Of a stretch of 64,000 bases of DNA, positions 13,733-31,531 are shown one piece after another. How positions within the stretch are numbered: position 1 is the stretch's first letter; every line of letters begins with the position of its first letter. The DNA comes from the human T2T-CHM13v2.0 reference genome, Homo sapiens: assembly GCF_009914755.1 (NCBI RefSeq), contig NC_060932.1. One strand, written 5' to 3'. The notes under the pieces were generated by a model, which ran no database searches, was not told where the DNA came from, and saw only the letters and a program-made list of their open reading frames with translations. The translations under genes and the position numbers were made by a program.

Positions 13733-16475
13733 ATATAGTGTTTTAGGTGGCCTTTGACTTCATATTTTACTGAATTAAACAATTTGGGGGATATTATTTT
13801 ATGGGATTTATTTGTTTAAAAGATATTGAGTGGGTCCAAGATACTCTTCTGGGTACAGTAAAGGAAAGATTCTTAGCTTATAGCTAGAATGGCCTGAGAT
13901 TATCAATCATGTTAAGAAGGATAGTGTAACCACCTAATTTTAAAAAAAATGTTTTAATTGCTTTTGTCATGGGCATTGGGCAGGACTTTGCCAGTGGTAA
14001 CCAAGACAGCCACGATTGCTGCCTTTGTAGAAATAATGGTCTAGTGGGGGAGAGAAAACATTGAGCAAGTAATTATAGAGATGTGAGATCTGTGCGTGAA
14101 ACAACATACAGTAGAGAGAGACCTAACCCATCTGAGAGGCAAGGAGCACTTCCCTGAGGATGTGCCATGTAAGCTAAGACCTGAAAGTTAGCTAGGTGAA
14201 GAAGGTTAAAAGCACTTATGAAGCTGTCAGGCCAACAGCAAGTATAGAGTTGAATGTTCTAGGAGTGGACAGAAGTTTGAGTTTGCTGAAATATAAAGTA
14301 TAAGAGGGAAAGTGGTAAAAGAAATGAGGTGGAGTGGTTGGTGGTGTTTACATCCTGAGGGCCTTTTGGGGCAGGTAAGGGAGTTCAGACTGAGGCTTAG
14401 GGTAATGGGGTGCCACTAAATTGATTTAAGCAAATGAATGATGTGATTATATTTGTGCATTTGAAAAACCAGAGGACCATACTTTTTAGGGCAGACAGAT
14501 GAGTTCAGAAGCCCACAGAGTTCCACATGGAACCCTGTGACCAAATGTGGGTCTAGTCGCAATGGCTTTGCCTTGGTGAAGGCCAGATGGCAGAGCTGAT
14601 AGTGGTCACCTTCTGGCAGACACTCAGCTGTTTGGTCACATACTTTCTAAGTGTCTGATTCTAGGTCTGTTTCCAAATTCTGAGCTTTTCCTGCCTCACT
14701 ATCAAATTGTCTGGTAGACCCGTATCTTGTTGGTTCCTTAATGGTGCAGAGGCTGGTTCAGACCTGGTGATAATATGTCTTCAGGAATGCCAAACCCTTG
14801 CATGTAGCAAGACCATCACCCTTGTCACTTGTCACCAAATAACATCACTTCCTGATCATCACTACATTTGGCCAGATTCTCCAGAAAAACCACAGTAGTT
14901 TGAAATGTCCATACAGAATTACACTTTGGCTTGGCTGTTGATTCCTTCCTCCAAAATGATGGAAAGTATTATTATAAGCAGAATTGTGACTTCTTACTGC
15001 TTGGGAAAGGAGAGCTATCTCTGGTCTTTCATCAGCAGATGCTTACAAAGCATTTATTGGTGCTCACAAAGCACCAAGTTTTATAGCAGCACCTGGTCTT
15101 CTAGGACTGGAATCAGAAGAATTTCAAGGATGGGGAGCTTTAAGGAGTTCTCAGAGAAAAGTCTGAGTAGGAAATAATTTGCTTTTTTCAACCATCCCTT
15201 CCTTTCAGTAAGAAGTATTCAATTTTTCTTTGAACAAATATTTATTGGGTAGTCTATTACTGGCAATCAACAGGGGAATTCAAACAGAGTAAAAAAATTC
15301 TTGCTGACTTCAAAGCTTATGATCTAATATGGAAAAGGAGACAGTATATATGTTAAACAGAACAAGAGTGAGCAAGGTGAGGGACTCTGCTGTGTTGGAG
15401 TAAGACTGGCCCTTCTTGTGCCTTCAGGCATCCATGGTGATGAGGAAAGAGGGTCCCTTGAATGCTGCTTCTGGAAAGATGCTTCTCCTGCCCATCCTGC
15501 TATCATTCATTGCTCTCCACTACCATCCTGTGATCACTGTTCATGCCAGTCCTCACAAGAAGCCCAGACCATTAGTTTCCAACCCCTGTATTCTGACTCC
15601 ATATCCCACTTCTCTCCAGTGCCCCATACCCTTCCACTCTGCCCTCAAGAACTGGGTCGTTCATTAGCAGAAATTTCTGATATCAATGTTTTTTTCTGAA
15701 TAGTCCCTTCACCTTTTAATTCTAATTAAAACCTGCCTCTCTTGAAGAACATTGCTTCCTCTGCTGCCCTCTCAAGTGATGGTAATTTCCTCTTCCTGAT
15801 CTACCCCTGGGCTTGGAGGCTGCGTAGGTACCCTCCTTGATCCTCCCTTCTGCTTTCAGAGAGCTTTTCCCTCCTCTTTAAAACCTCTGGCTTTGAATCT
15901 TGCATCATTAGATTAGATCACTCTCTATCCCTCCTTATAATAATACTGCTCTCTATTCAACCTCAGCCCACATTCTGAAGGTCATATGCTAGACCTTATC
16001 GTTATTGATTTAAAAAAAACCCTCCCTGATCGCATTTTCAAGTATTCAGTTTTTCAATAACAACCACTTTTGCAGTTCACTCCCTTTAGTACCACAACTC
16101 TAACAAGTCTCCCTCCATGCCTTCAATCACAAATCCTACCAACTTCTCAGTGTCTCGATGGTCTGGCCCCTCCTGCTCTTTCCTTTTCTAAACTTCTTTT
16201 CTACTAATCTCTGCATTGTCATTCACTCCAACCACATGGGCTTTCTTGCTCTTACTTGAATATGCCTGGCATATTCCTGGCTCAGGGCTTTTGCACTTGC
16301 CGTTGCCCCTTCTTGAAAACCCAGCCTCCCCTAGCCACTTGGGAACCTTGCTCCCTCACCTCCTTCAGGTCTTTATTTAAGCATCATTCAGTGAGGCCTT
16401 TTCTGATCACCTTATTTAAAAGTGTACCTCTTTCCCTAGTACTTTTTATTTTTCTTCTCTGTTTATATTTATTTT

Positions 16476-17052
16476 GGCCAGGTGCAGTGGCCTACGCCTG
16501 TAATCATGGCACTTTGGGAGGCTAAGTTGGGTGGATTGGTTAAGCTCAGGAGTTTGAGACCAGCCTGGGCAACATGGTGAAAACCCATTGTATTACTCCG
16601 TTCTCATGCTGCTAGTAAAGGCATACCCAAGACTGGGTAATTTATAAAGGAAAGAGGTGTAATTGACTCACAGTTCAGCATAGCTGGGGAGGTTTCAGGA
16701 AACTTACAATCATGGCGGAAGAGGAAGCAAACACATCCTTCTTCACCTGGTGGCAGCACGGAGAAGTGCAGAGCAAAGTTGGGGAAAAGCCCCTTACTAA
16801 ATCATCAGATCTCATGAGAACTGACTCACTATCACCAGAACAGCATGGAGGTAACCACCCCCATGATTCAATTACCTCCCATCTGGGTCCCTCCCATGAC
16901 ATGTGGGGATTATGGGAACTACAATTCAAGATGGGGACACAGCCAAACCAAATCAGCTGTCTCAATACAAAAATTAGCTGGGTGTGGTAGAGCACACTTT
17001 TGGTTCCAGCTACGCAGGAGGCTGTGAGGTAGGAGGATTGCTGGAGCCTGGG
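16476..17052 (+). mobile_element. Old Alu (AluJ-like), interrupted by the THE1 LTR and 3'-truncated
   Basis: ggccaggtgcagtgg...aacatggtgaaaacccat, then the LTR, then gctgtctcaatacaaaaattagctggg. Confidence 0.8.
16589..16955 (-). mobile_element. THE1C/D-type MaLR solo LTR nested inside an Alu
   Basis: tgtattactccgttctcatgctgct...acagccaaaccaaatca; Alu sequence on both sides. Confidence 0.85.
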
Positions 17053-18745
17053 AAGTTGTTTTTTTGTTGTTGATGTTGTTTTGTTTTTTTTTCTTGTCCT
17101 CCCTCACCCACTAGAATGTCAGTTCCAAGAAATCTGGGATTTTTGCCTGTTTGTTCACTGCTTTCTCCTCAGAGCCTAGAAGATACCTTGGCATTTAGAA
17201 GGCATTCCCTAAATAAACACTGAAAGAATGAATGAATGAAGTATATACTAGAGAATATATAAAGATAGAAGTTAGTTTATATGAGAAAATATTGAAGCTT
17301 AGAATGGGAAGATTTTCTATTCAATGTGGAGAGTCGTCAGGGCAGTGGGAAGATCTTGGAGAGCTTCATGGATGGTTTGACATTTCATCTGGGATTTAAA
17401 GGTTTTATGGGGCTTTATAATGTAGAGAAAGCGGAAGAGCCTTTCAGCAAAGAAATTGGCATTGTCAGTGGCATGGATTAAGAAAGCGTGGGTTGAGAAA
17501 CATTGTTAGTATAGGGAGATGAATGTATGAATGAACCGTTTTGTTTCATAACTAAATCTCTTTATTCACTTTTACAAATGTGATATTGAAATTCAAACAA
17601 TATTGATCTTCCACATATTTTATTTCTTTATTTTTTATAGAGACAGGGTCTCAAACTCCTGGCCTCAAGTGATCTGCCTGCCTTAGCCTTCTAAAGTGCT
17701 GGGATTACAGGCATAAGCCACCATGCCCGACCACACATATTTCTATTTTAATGAAATCTGTGGTTAGTCCTTTTCTGAAGGACATGCTAAATCTGAATTT
17801 TTCCTCTCAGATTTGGAATATAAATATGGTCCTAACATGGCAGACTTGATCATCATTTGACCCCATAAAATCTTGGCCAATGTACTTGTTTATTTGAAAA
17901 AGGCCTGCTTTAGGTGGATGCTACTTTTATCAAGCCTTTCCATGGGCTTCATGTTTGAAAAGCATGTGTTATCTTTTGACCTTGAACTCTGCTTTACTCT
18001 GGCGTAGCCCTGGACAAAGGGTCTTATTACAAAACACGAATGTTTTGTAAAATGGGACTTGGGGTAGGAATCTTTAAATTCCCTTGCAAGTCTAAGATTC
18101 TGGTGTAAACAACAGAGCTTGATTTATTCAAAGCTGGATGCAAGAAGCTGTATCACGAGCCCAGTTAATAACCCTTAGCATACACTATATGCTGAATTCT
18201 GTATTGCTTAGGATTCCCAGCAGAGAGGATTCTCATAAATTTGTGGCAGAATCATTGTGTGCATTGGGCAGAGATGACTAGAGGTGCAAACGGACAGTAA
18301 GGGGGCTGTGACCTTTCAGGTATCACTCCCTTTCCTCATCCGAGGGAGTTATTATCTAGAAATGTCAGGTTGCATTGCTTAATGATGCACATTTATTTGA
18401 CCTTTGCACCGTCACTTCTAGTCACAAAAGTTATAGTAGGAAAAATACAGTCAGTCATAAAAACCCATAGAGAAAAACATCAAATTTTACTACAGCGTGT
18501 GGGTATGGTACTTAAAATATCAGTTTCAAGTATCTTTGGTCTGATTAGTTATAATAAATTCCAGAACAGCATAATGATTAATTAACACCTTCTAAAGATT
18601 TAAAAAATTCCCGTAGGTGGGTAAAGGCATTATTGTAAATATAGAACAGGTCCAAATTACTAAAAGTACAGATTCTTCTCTTATTGGTTTTCTGTGTAGC
18701 AATTTTTCATCTAATACAACTGAAATAAAATAGATTTTTATATAT

Positions 18746-18963
18746 CAAGGGTGTTCAATCTTTTGGCTTCCCTGGGTGACATTGGAAGAATTGTCTTAGG
18801 CCACACATAAAATAAACTAACACTAATGGTAGCTGATAAGCCAAAAAAAAAAATTTACAAAAAAACTCATAATGTTTTAAGAAAGCTTACAAATTTGTGT
18901 TGGGCTGCATTCAAAGTTGTCTGGGCTGCATACGACCTGCAGGCTGCAGGTTCGATAAGCTTA
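18746..18963 (+). mobile_element. MER30 hAT-Charlie MITE
   Basis: caagggtgttcaatcttttggcttccctggg...ggttcgataagctta; 8-bp TSD ttatatat on both sides. Confidence 0.85.
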
Positions 18964-19066
18964 TTATATATTATGTTAAGAGGGGACCAAGTTACTCCTT
19001 TCCTTTGAGTATACTTAGAGCTTTCGGCCCATTCTAATACTACAATTGGTGAAGTTGTGCAATTCA

Positions 19067-19860
<794 letters not shown>

Positions 19861-19950
19861 TGAAATTGTGCAATTTAAAAGTCATTTCTAGTTCCAAGTT
19901 CTCTCTTGTTTAAAGAAAGGTTTTGCTTATTTTTGACGTGGTCCTTGTGT

Positions 19951-20430
<480 letters not shown>

Positions 20431-20431
20431 G

Positions 20432-20930
20432 TTTGATAGATTGAAAAATGGCCAGAATCCTTCCGCTGCCTCTGGATCCACTCCTTTTGCAATGTGACTT
20501 TGCTGTCCCCCCATTAAGAAGTGGATTTCATTTCTCTACCCCTTTAATCTAGGCTGGTTTTGTGACTTACTTTGGCTAATAGAATGTGTAGACATAATGA
20601 TGTGTGAATTCTGAGCCTATGCCTCAAGAGCCTGGCTCACTTCTGCTTTGTCTCCTCTCAGAACCTTGTGCAGTCTCCACACCCAGTGTACCCATTTTCA
20701 GGATGACAGACCATGTGGTTAGAAAAAAGCTGTCCCATCTGAGACTGTCCTGAGACTGTTCTACACCAGCCAGCCCCCAGTCAATCCGGCAGCTGACTAT
20801 AGAGCATGAATTAGCCCAGCTAAGACCAGAAGAACGAGCTCAAATTGGCAATCTATAGAAACCAATAAATGATTCAGGAGCTAATAAATGATTATTTTAA
20901 CTTACTACATTTTAGTTAGCAAAAGCAAAT
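20432..20930 (+). mobile_element. Old MLT1-family LTR
   Basis: aaaaatggccagaatcc..., gtgacttactttggctaatagaatgtg, then terminal ataaatgattattttaa...agcaaa-like motifs. Confidence 0.55.
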
Positions 20931-21399
20931 TAATGTAGTTTGACAATGCAAAATAGAGCTGGACATTTTTAAGACCAGAGGACAGCTTATAGGTTGTGCT
21001 GAGTTTTGGAGGCCACAGATAAAAGTGAAATAGAAGGTGATATTATAATCAATTTTGAGCAAATAACACTTGGAATGGCTTCAGTGAATCAGAGGAAATT
21101 GCTTGTTGAAATAAACACTTGTGCCCACAGGGTGAAAAAATTACTTCTTATAGAGATATTGTTTTCCTTCTTTAACTATTTAAGATTTAAAATATAGAAC
21201 CTCTGCTGAGTGGCTTCTTCCTTCTTTCTCTGCAGATCTTATCATGATACATCTCTTTTAACCAGCCCATGCTGCACTGTATTTCTGGTGATTAATTGTC
21301 GAGGTCAGACCTGGGCAGTGAGGAAAGACCTGGTCTGGGAAGAACTTTCATATATAATAAGTCTTCACTTGACATTAACCAATTTTACCATAGGCTGAT

Positions 21400-22017
21400 T
21401 AGTATAAACAAGAGTTAAGTTCCCATGGCATATTTCTGGTCATAAAAACATCACCAAACTTCAAAATAATGACCAAGACACCTATAATATTAAACATTGA
21501 AATAAGTGTGAGCTGTACGCACATTTAGGAAAGATTAATTAAAACAAGATAATTACTTACTCAATTATTCCAGTTCAGAGTCTCAGGTGACCTAAGAATA
21601 TCCCAGCAGTGAAGGACACAGGTAAGAACTGACCCTGGAAAGGATGCCATCCATCACAGGGTGCATTCACACACACCCACACACTCACACACATGCACAC
21701 TCACACACACACCCACACAATCACACATGCCCACACACACACACACCCACACACACCCACATTCACAAACACACACACCCACACACACACACACACACAC
21801 TCCCACACTCACTCCGACTGGGACCATTTAGACACAGCAGCCCACCTAACAGGCACTTCTTTGGGACATAGGAGAAAACTGGAGAAACCCACACAGTCAT
21901 GAAAAGAACGTGCAAAATCCATGCAGACAGTGGCTGTAGAGAGGAATCTATTTTTTTCTCACTCATGTTATAACAAAACGACATTGTATGTAACTACATT
22001 ACTTGAGGACCTGCTGT
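21400..22017 (-). mobile_element. MER6-type Tigger DNA transposon relic containing an expanded CA-rich microsatellite (about 21667-21812)
   Basis: Terminal ttacttgaggacctgctgta; ggagaaaactggagaaacccacacagtcatg motif. Left boundary approximate. Confidence 0.65.
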
Positions 22018-22807
22018 ATCTATAAATCATCAATTAATTAGTCAAATGATTAATGAACATGGACTATAGGGAGTCCAGAGAAGAGATATATGTGGATTAG
22101 CAGTAGTAGGGAAAGAAAGAAGTAGGGAAAAGCTCACCTATTATCTCTGGGGACCCCTGGATGTCTGGATTTTAACTCTTGGCCAAGATAAGGGCAGTGA
22201 GAATAATGCGGTGTTTAAAGTGCTAAACTCTGGCGACTCCGAGTCAGTTTCTTCACTAAAGGTTTTCTAGTGATCTAATTGGTTAGGCAGCATGCCTTTG
22301 GTATGTGGAGAGAGGGGTATATGAAGCCCACTGTTGATTTTATAGCTTTGAGCTCTCCCAAAGCCTAGATTCCTTGCACAGATCTTGGTGGTTCAATCCC
22401 TGAGACAGAGTCTGGTCAGATCCTTGTGTAACCACCTTGGGGAGCTTGCTCATGGGATGATTGTCAGGCTCCCACTGCTTGCCTGTGCTCTTTTTCTCTT
22501 GCTGCATCTTTTCCATGGCCTTTACGTAAAAGCCCCACATGTGTATGAGTATGCTCTGTGGAATGTGGTGAGCTCTTTCCAATATCTGGACATGGGAAAT
22601 CTTTGCATTCACAGTGCCTAGGGAAAGAGATGTCTCATTTTCCTCATCTGAGAAATGGTGAGGATGATAAAAACAATAATTACATCATGGGGCTATTACG
22701 AAGATTAAATGAGCTAACAGAGGTACAACACTTAGAGCAGTATCTGGTAGACAGTAAATGCTGTGTAAGTGCTAGCTATTATTATTTTCAGCCTGTCTAA
22801 ACCTTAG

Positions 22808-23466
<659 letters not shown>

Positions 23467-23589
23467 CTTAGCATGGGGGACTTCTTTTGCCTCAACTTTG
23501 TGTGTGTGCATGTGTGTATGTTTGATAATTGCTTCCTGTCTACTCACATATTATTAAGAAAAAAATCTTGTTTTAAAATAGCTGGGGTT

Positions 23590-23921
<332 letters not shown>

Positions 23922-25321
23922 TAAGACTGAAACATTCCATTTTTGCCTGGAGGGTCTGAGTTATTTTGACACAGAAAAGCATCCAGGTGCACAACTTCAA
24001 ATAAGAGAGTTTTGGACACAACACTCTGTTTATCTTAATGTAATAGTTTTCAAGGAAACAGGGCCCCACATTTGCTTCTTAGCTGAAGCCTGATGTTAAA
24101 CACTGTCTTGCTTTAATTTGAGCCCATCAAAATATCACTTCATTTAAACTCCACTTAACCTCTCCCCATCCCCAATATCCTATAGTAACCTTGTCTTTTC
24201 CTGTGTTTGGTGGGACACTCAGATTTTCTCTGGTGAATAATTTGTTGCATCATGTTAATAAACTTGGCTTTATTGTATTATACTATAGTTTGTTCCTGGT
24301 GGTCTTTATCAGACAAGCTTTATAGAAATATACATGCATGGTATTACTGAAGATTTCATTCTTTTTTCTTTTAAACAAACTATACTAGTATTTTAAAAAT
24401 ATCTATCCTTTTTGCTTTATGTAAATCTAATTCATTACTTCTAACTGCTGGATAGAACTTCATCTTACAAACACAACTATACTCCCACACACCATATTTT
24501 TTTTCCCATTCTCCTAGAGGTAGATATTAGAGTTGCCTCCAATTCCTTTGTACTATAAACAATGCTATATATCCTCATGGATTTCCTCTTATGGACCTGC
24601 TTAAGAATTTTCTGGCATATATACTCTGAAATGGTACTGCTGAGTTCTAAGGTGTGCTGCCAAAATTTTGCTAAGATTGCTAAAATAGTAGAGCCAGTGT
24701 ACACACTTGCCAGCACTTGGCACTATTATCTGCTTTCAAGTATTTTTCCAGTTAGATGGGTATAAGGTGGTATTCCATTTTGTTCTGATTTGTATTTCTT
24801 TGAGCACAAGTGAAGTCAAGCACCTTTTCTCTGTCAATTGCTTATTTGTTTTTCTTCCATGAATTACTTACTCATATTCTCTCTCCCTTTAAAAAACTGG
24901 GCTTTTTGTCATTATGCAAAGAAAGCACAAGAGCTAGTTGCCTTCTTATAATTTATAATTAAGCAGAAATAATTTACAATTAAGAGGAAATTAGAGGACA
25001 TGCTGTACTATGTGGCACTTTCTGAAAGTACAAAAGATAATCCCGTGAGATAGAACCATCATAGGTTGATGTTTTTAGAGGCAGTTGGGAGACAGAAAAT
25101 GTGAGCAGAGTTGGAAGTATAGGACAGAGGTAAGTGACGGAGGAGAGACAACAACCTTCCAGAGTAAGGCAGGCAGCAGGGACAAAGGCCAGAGGAAGAA
25201 GGGCAGGTATTTGTTCCAGAGAAAAAGCAAGGAGACCCACTTAAGTGGAGGATATGGTTAGGGTAGTGGAAATTAAATTTGTATAAATAGGATTTAACTG
25301 GTAGGAGGACTAGTAGGTGCC

Positions 25322-26074
25322 TGTGATGATTGGTTTTTTGTGTCAACTTGATGGGGCCACAGGATGCCCAGATAGCTGGTAAAACATTATTTCTGGGTAT
25401 GTTTGTGGATGAGATCAGCATTTGAATTGGTGGACAGAGTAAAGCAGGTTGCCCTCCCCAATGTAGGTGGGCATAATACAGTTTGTTGAGGGCCTGAATA
25501 GAACAAAAATATGGAGGAAGGGAGAATTTGCTCTCTTGGCCTGGTTGCTCATCCTGGGACATTAATCTTCTCCTGTCTCAGGCTGCAACCTTTACCATTA
25601 GCTCTCCTAATTCTCAGTCCTTTGGATTCAGACTAGAGCTACACCACCAGCTCTCTTGGGTCTCCAGCTTAAAGACTGCAGATCATGGAACATCTCAGCT
25701 TTCACAATTGTGTGAGCCAATTCCTAATAATAAATCATGTATATATAAAATATATAAATAAAAAACATGATAAATATCTCTATATGATATATATTAAAAT
25801 ATATAATAAATCTCTACACATATTTGTAATATATAATATATATTTAAATATATTTATTATAAGGAATTGGCTCATGAAATTGTGAAGGAAAAGAAGTCTC
25901 ATGATCTACCATCTACAAACTGGAGTCCCTGGAAAGCCCGTTGTATAATTTTAGTCTGAGTCTGAAGGCATCAGAACCAGAAGAACCAGTGGTCTAAGTT
26001 CCAGTCTGAATCCAATGGCCTGAGATAGATATATATCCCCTATTTTTTTTTCTCCCTCTGGAAAACTCTAATAC
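25322..26074 (+). mobile_element. MLT2-family ERVL LTR with an AT-rich core and an apparent opposite-orientation MLT2 fragment
   Basis: tgtgatgattggttttttgtgtcaacttga...ctctggaaaactctaataca. Confidence 0.65.
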
Positions 26075-26179
26075 AGCCACTGAGCAGGGAAGTAACATGG
26101 TCAAAAGTAGGGTTTTAGAAAGATTTTATTTTCCAATAGCAAAGGGACTAAGAGGGCAGACCAGTGACGAGAGCAGACT

Positions 26180-28047
26180 ATAGGTAAAAAGTGAATGTTT
26201 ATTTGCATTGAACAGAAAATATGTTCTGGGTGTTAGCAATGGGATTGAAAAAGAAAGGATAATTAGAAAGATTTAAAAAGAAAAAGAATTTGGTGGCACC
26301 AAATCAACAATAAAAGAGTTCTTGAATTTTCTTAGATTTTAGTCTGATGGATTGGAAATAAATTGATATTATCTGAAACAGGATAGCTTGGGGGGGAAAA
26401 TAACTGCCAGGTGAAAAGCATAAATTGCAATGGTCTTGTATTTTAATATCATTTGAATAAATTACAGGGTGTAAAGGGAAAGCATATTGCTCACAAGTTG
26501 AGGACTTTTGTCCTTTTCTTTTCCTATTATCAGATGCTTCAGCCCTATTCTACCTTTTGTTTCTGGGTTTTTAAATCACCCTTTTTATACGCAATTCACT
26601 CTTTCTGCATACAAACTCCCATTTATCAAATAAATACTATTTAACAATTTGTCCATATTCCCTTAAATCCTGAAAAAACCAACCATCCTTTAGTAAAACT
26701 TGTTATATTTTGTGATACTCTAACACTACATGCAAAAACGGTGACTCTATCAAATGATGCAGTTTATTATAGTGATTGATTTGTACATGGTTTGCTAAAT
26801 GCATCTATGTTGTAGGCTTTTTGGCTAATATGATTTGTTAAAACCCTCTCAGCAAAGTGCTGTTACAGTGACCATCTTTGGAGACTTGGAAATAGCCTCA
26901 TTACACAGAACTTGATGTTATACACTAATGGCATTTATTAGAATGGAATTCTATATGTATTATTACTTCCGACACCAGCCTGGCCTTTGTAGCCTCCTCA
27001 CAGCATGCAACGTCGGTAATTATGCTAATGCTAGCTAATTCATGAGGACAACTTCCTAAAGTGCCCTTAATTAACTTGGAGATTTTGTAAACAGCTATAC
27101 ATGTAGGTTCCGGAAATTGTGGGGATATGTCAATCTGACGTGTAGAGTCTGCCTTCCTAACCTCATCACTTTGTTTTACTAAAGCTTAATTTTAAACAAG
27201 AAGTTCCAATCTGATATCTTTTCCAGCAAGTGCTTGAGGAAGATTCTGATAAGTGTCACTTTAGCCTGTATCCTCCAGTCCAAGTCCCTTGAGCCAGATG
27301 AGTTAGGTAGATTGGTGTCTTTTAAGTTGGTTAGAAGAGAAAATATTGAAGTTTATTTCTTTAGTAAAGGGTACAATTTTTCCAATATGTTCCTGCAATG
27401 TGATTTTGCCAGTTTGCTAATTCTGCCGACCAACATTGGTCTTCAGGGGACTGTTCCAAAAATCAGACTTCTCATTCAGAAAGCTTCATGATCTCTGCTT
27501 CCCTTCAGTCCCAGCTGCTGGGGATTTTTTGATATTACAGTGACTCATCATCCTCATTTGAATGAAAATAATCTGATTTTTGACCTATTACATTAAAATC
27601 TTATACCCTTTACATGTAAGAGGTGAAATTCATAAACCTAGAACAATTAGCCAGGCTTTAGAGTGCCAAAGAAGAAATTAAACACAATAAAAATTAAGAG
27701 AAAAGGTTAGTGAATCACATCACAGCCAAGAGCAAGCTAATAAAACTGGAAGGAAGAGACATCATCAGGAAAGAACCAAAGGAAAAGGAAACTTACTACA
27801 TACAATTAGAAGATATAGCAATTGCATAAAGTTAATGAAAACGGAGAATAGGGATGGCTTTTAATAATCTTCTTATTACCACTGCATGAAATCACACTCT
27901 CAGATAAGTCCTAGAAACTAAGCTAGGGATTTGCCTTTCGTTTCTCAAGGGTCCCAGCATGTCGTTTCCCCTCGTTAATTTAAGTTACAATCCTAGGTAC
28001 AATCACTTTGGGAACTAGCTATATCACATCTAAAGATAATCAAACAT
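26180..28047 (-). other. CNGB3: CNGB3 3'UTR (~1.9 kb, end approximate)
   Basis: Non-repetitive sequence from the stop codon to a minus-strand AATAAA at 26198-26203. Confidence 0.7.
26198..26203 (-). terminator. CNGB3 polyadenylation signal AATAAA
   Basis: tttatt on the plus strand; an ATTAAA variant lies at 26442-26447. Confidence 0.6.
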
Positions 28048-28440
<393 letters not shown>

Positions 28441-29686
28441 TTAGCATGCAATGGCTAAGATCACCACCAAGACAGACTGTCTGAATTAAGTGAATCCAGG
28501 AATCATGTCTGCTTTGCTTCTGACTATCATTTGACGAAGTTTCTGGTGTGCTAGAGAATGGACTTGTTGCCTTTGACTCATGATGTTAGTCTGAATTGCA
28601 TTTTTTTGTCTCTGCCAAGGAATTCTCTTCCTATTGGTCCTTATACTCTCTGAATTATTAGACTCAGTGCTCAGGACTCTGTTTTTGCTTTTTAAATATT
28701 TACTTATTCTGTAGAGATAAAATTTTAAATATTTATTTTTAATAAAAACATATTAACCAATACTATATAAAAATACTGTAAAAAGTAGGGTTTTCCTCTT
28801 GCCTAAGCTTGTGGGAGAACCTCAGGGAGAAACTTATCCCTTTCCTAGTATGATCTTTTCCATTTGTCCCACAGGTGCTTGACCTGTCATGTTTGTACCT
28901 ATCGTGTTTAGCACTAGCTATAGAAATTTCATAGCAAAAGGTACACTATGCTCTTTACTGGTAATGCTTGGGATCAATTTGAGAAAGGCTTGCCTGACAT
29001 ATGAATGTGCACAGATAAAGTTGAGATTCTTAACACATTTACTTATATATTTCTTTACTCCCATACATTTTTTATGCAAATTATTATTTCTATGCTGATG
29101 CAAATGAAGCATTTGGTTTATACTGGATCCCTAACTTTCACCACAGTGTTGTATGTGTGGAAAAGGAAAATGCAAGTTTTCATCTTTTGTATGTGACTGA
29201 CTTTATAATATGTGCTTTACTTATTTTCTGAAAGGTCCACAGCTACCCATTTCTACAGTTTTAGAGATAACATAATGACTAGGTTCAGAAAACCTGAATC
29301 CCTGCTCTGTCTGTTTCTCAATATCTGCCCTCATAGGCTAATTATGAGAATCAAAGAAATATGAAACCAAAAAAAAAGAGAGAGAGAGAGAGAAACAATA
29401 ACATTTGAGTTTCTTTACATTTTTAGGAATTGAAAGGCAGCTTAGTGTAGGCCTGTAAGTCTGAACACCTGAGTAATAGCTTTCTGCTCTGTAACTAATT
29501 ATGATCTTATCCAAATCCCTTGATCTGGTTTTCAGTTTCTTCATCTATAACATGAAAAGCTTGGATGAAATTTACAAAGTTATTTTGGGCTTTAAACATT
29601 TGTGATCTATAGTAATTGAATATTTGTGAAAATGTTGATAAAATGGGTTATTTATTTATATATCCATATGTATGTCTGTATATATA

Positions 29687-30693
<1,007 letters not shown>

Positions 30694-30884
30694 GTTTATA
30701 AATACATGCATATTAAAGCCATCTATAAACATCCTGTGAGGGTTAAATGTGATGATATGTGGGAATTCAGCAGTTTAAATAATAATGTGCTATATATAAA
30801 GCAGGAAGTATTAGTATTAGATTAGTCCAAATCATCCCAGTGTCTGAAATGGAATTAGAGTGGGCGTTTGTGTGTATATACTTA

Positions 30885-31163
<279 letters not shown>

Positions 31164-31339
31164 CTACTAAAAAAACTGCAATTTATCCTAACCTGTGTAG
31201 TTTCAATGGGTACCTACATTAATAGTTGTTCATTAAGCATATCTCACTGTGATCAAGTTTATCACAATCATAATACGGTTCTCCCTATCTCAGAGTTTAC
31301 AAAGTAAAACCAACTCCATCCATCTCTAATGGTGTTTTA

Positions 31340-31531
<192 letters not shown>

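Larger units (their letters stand above)
10663..13750 (+). other. CPNE3: CPNE3 3'UTR (~3.1 kb, end approximate)
   Basis: AT-rich stretch after the stop with no recognisable Alu/L1/LTR, ending at AATAAA 13727-13732 followed by GT/T-rich sequence. Confidence 0.75.

Noticed and set aside
21644-21984. His/Thr-rich ORFs resembling a metal-binding peptide
   Set aside because: Translation of a degenerate (CA)n microsatellite inside a MER6 relic.
25059-25562. 167-aa minus-strand ORF
   Set aside because: Spans MLT2 LTR and L2-like sequence; no recognisable domain or splice support. The 167-aa ORF at 49471-49974 is rejected for similar reasons.
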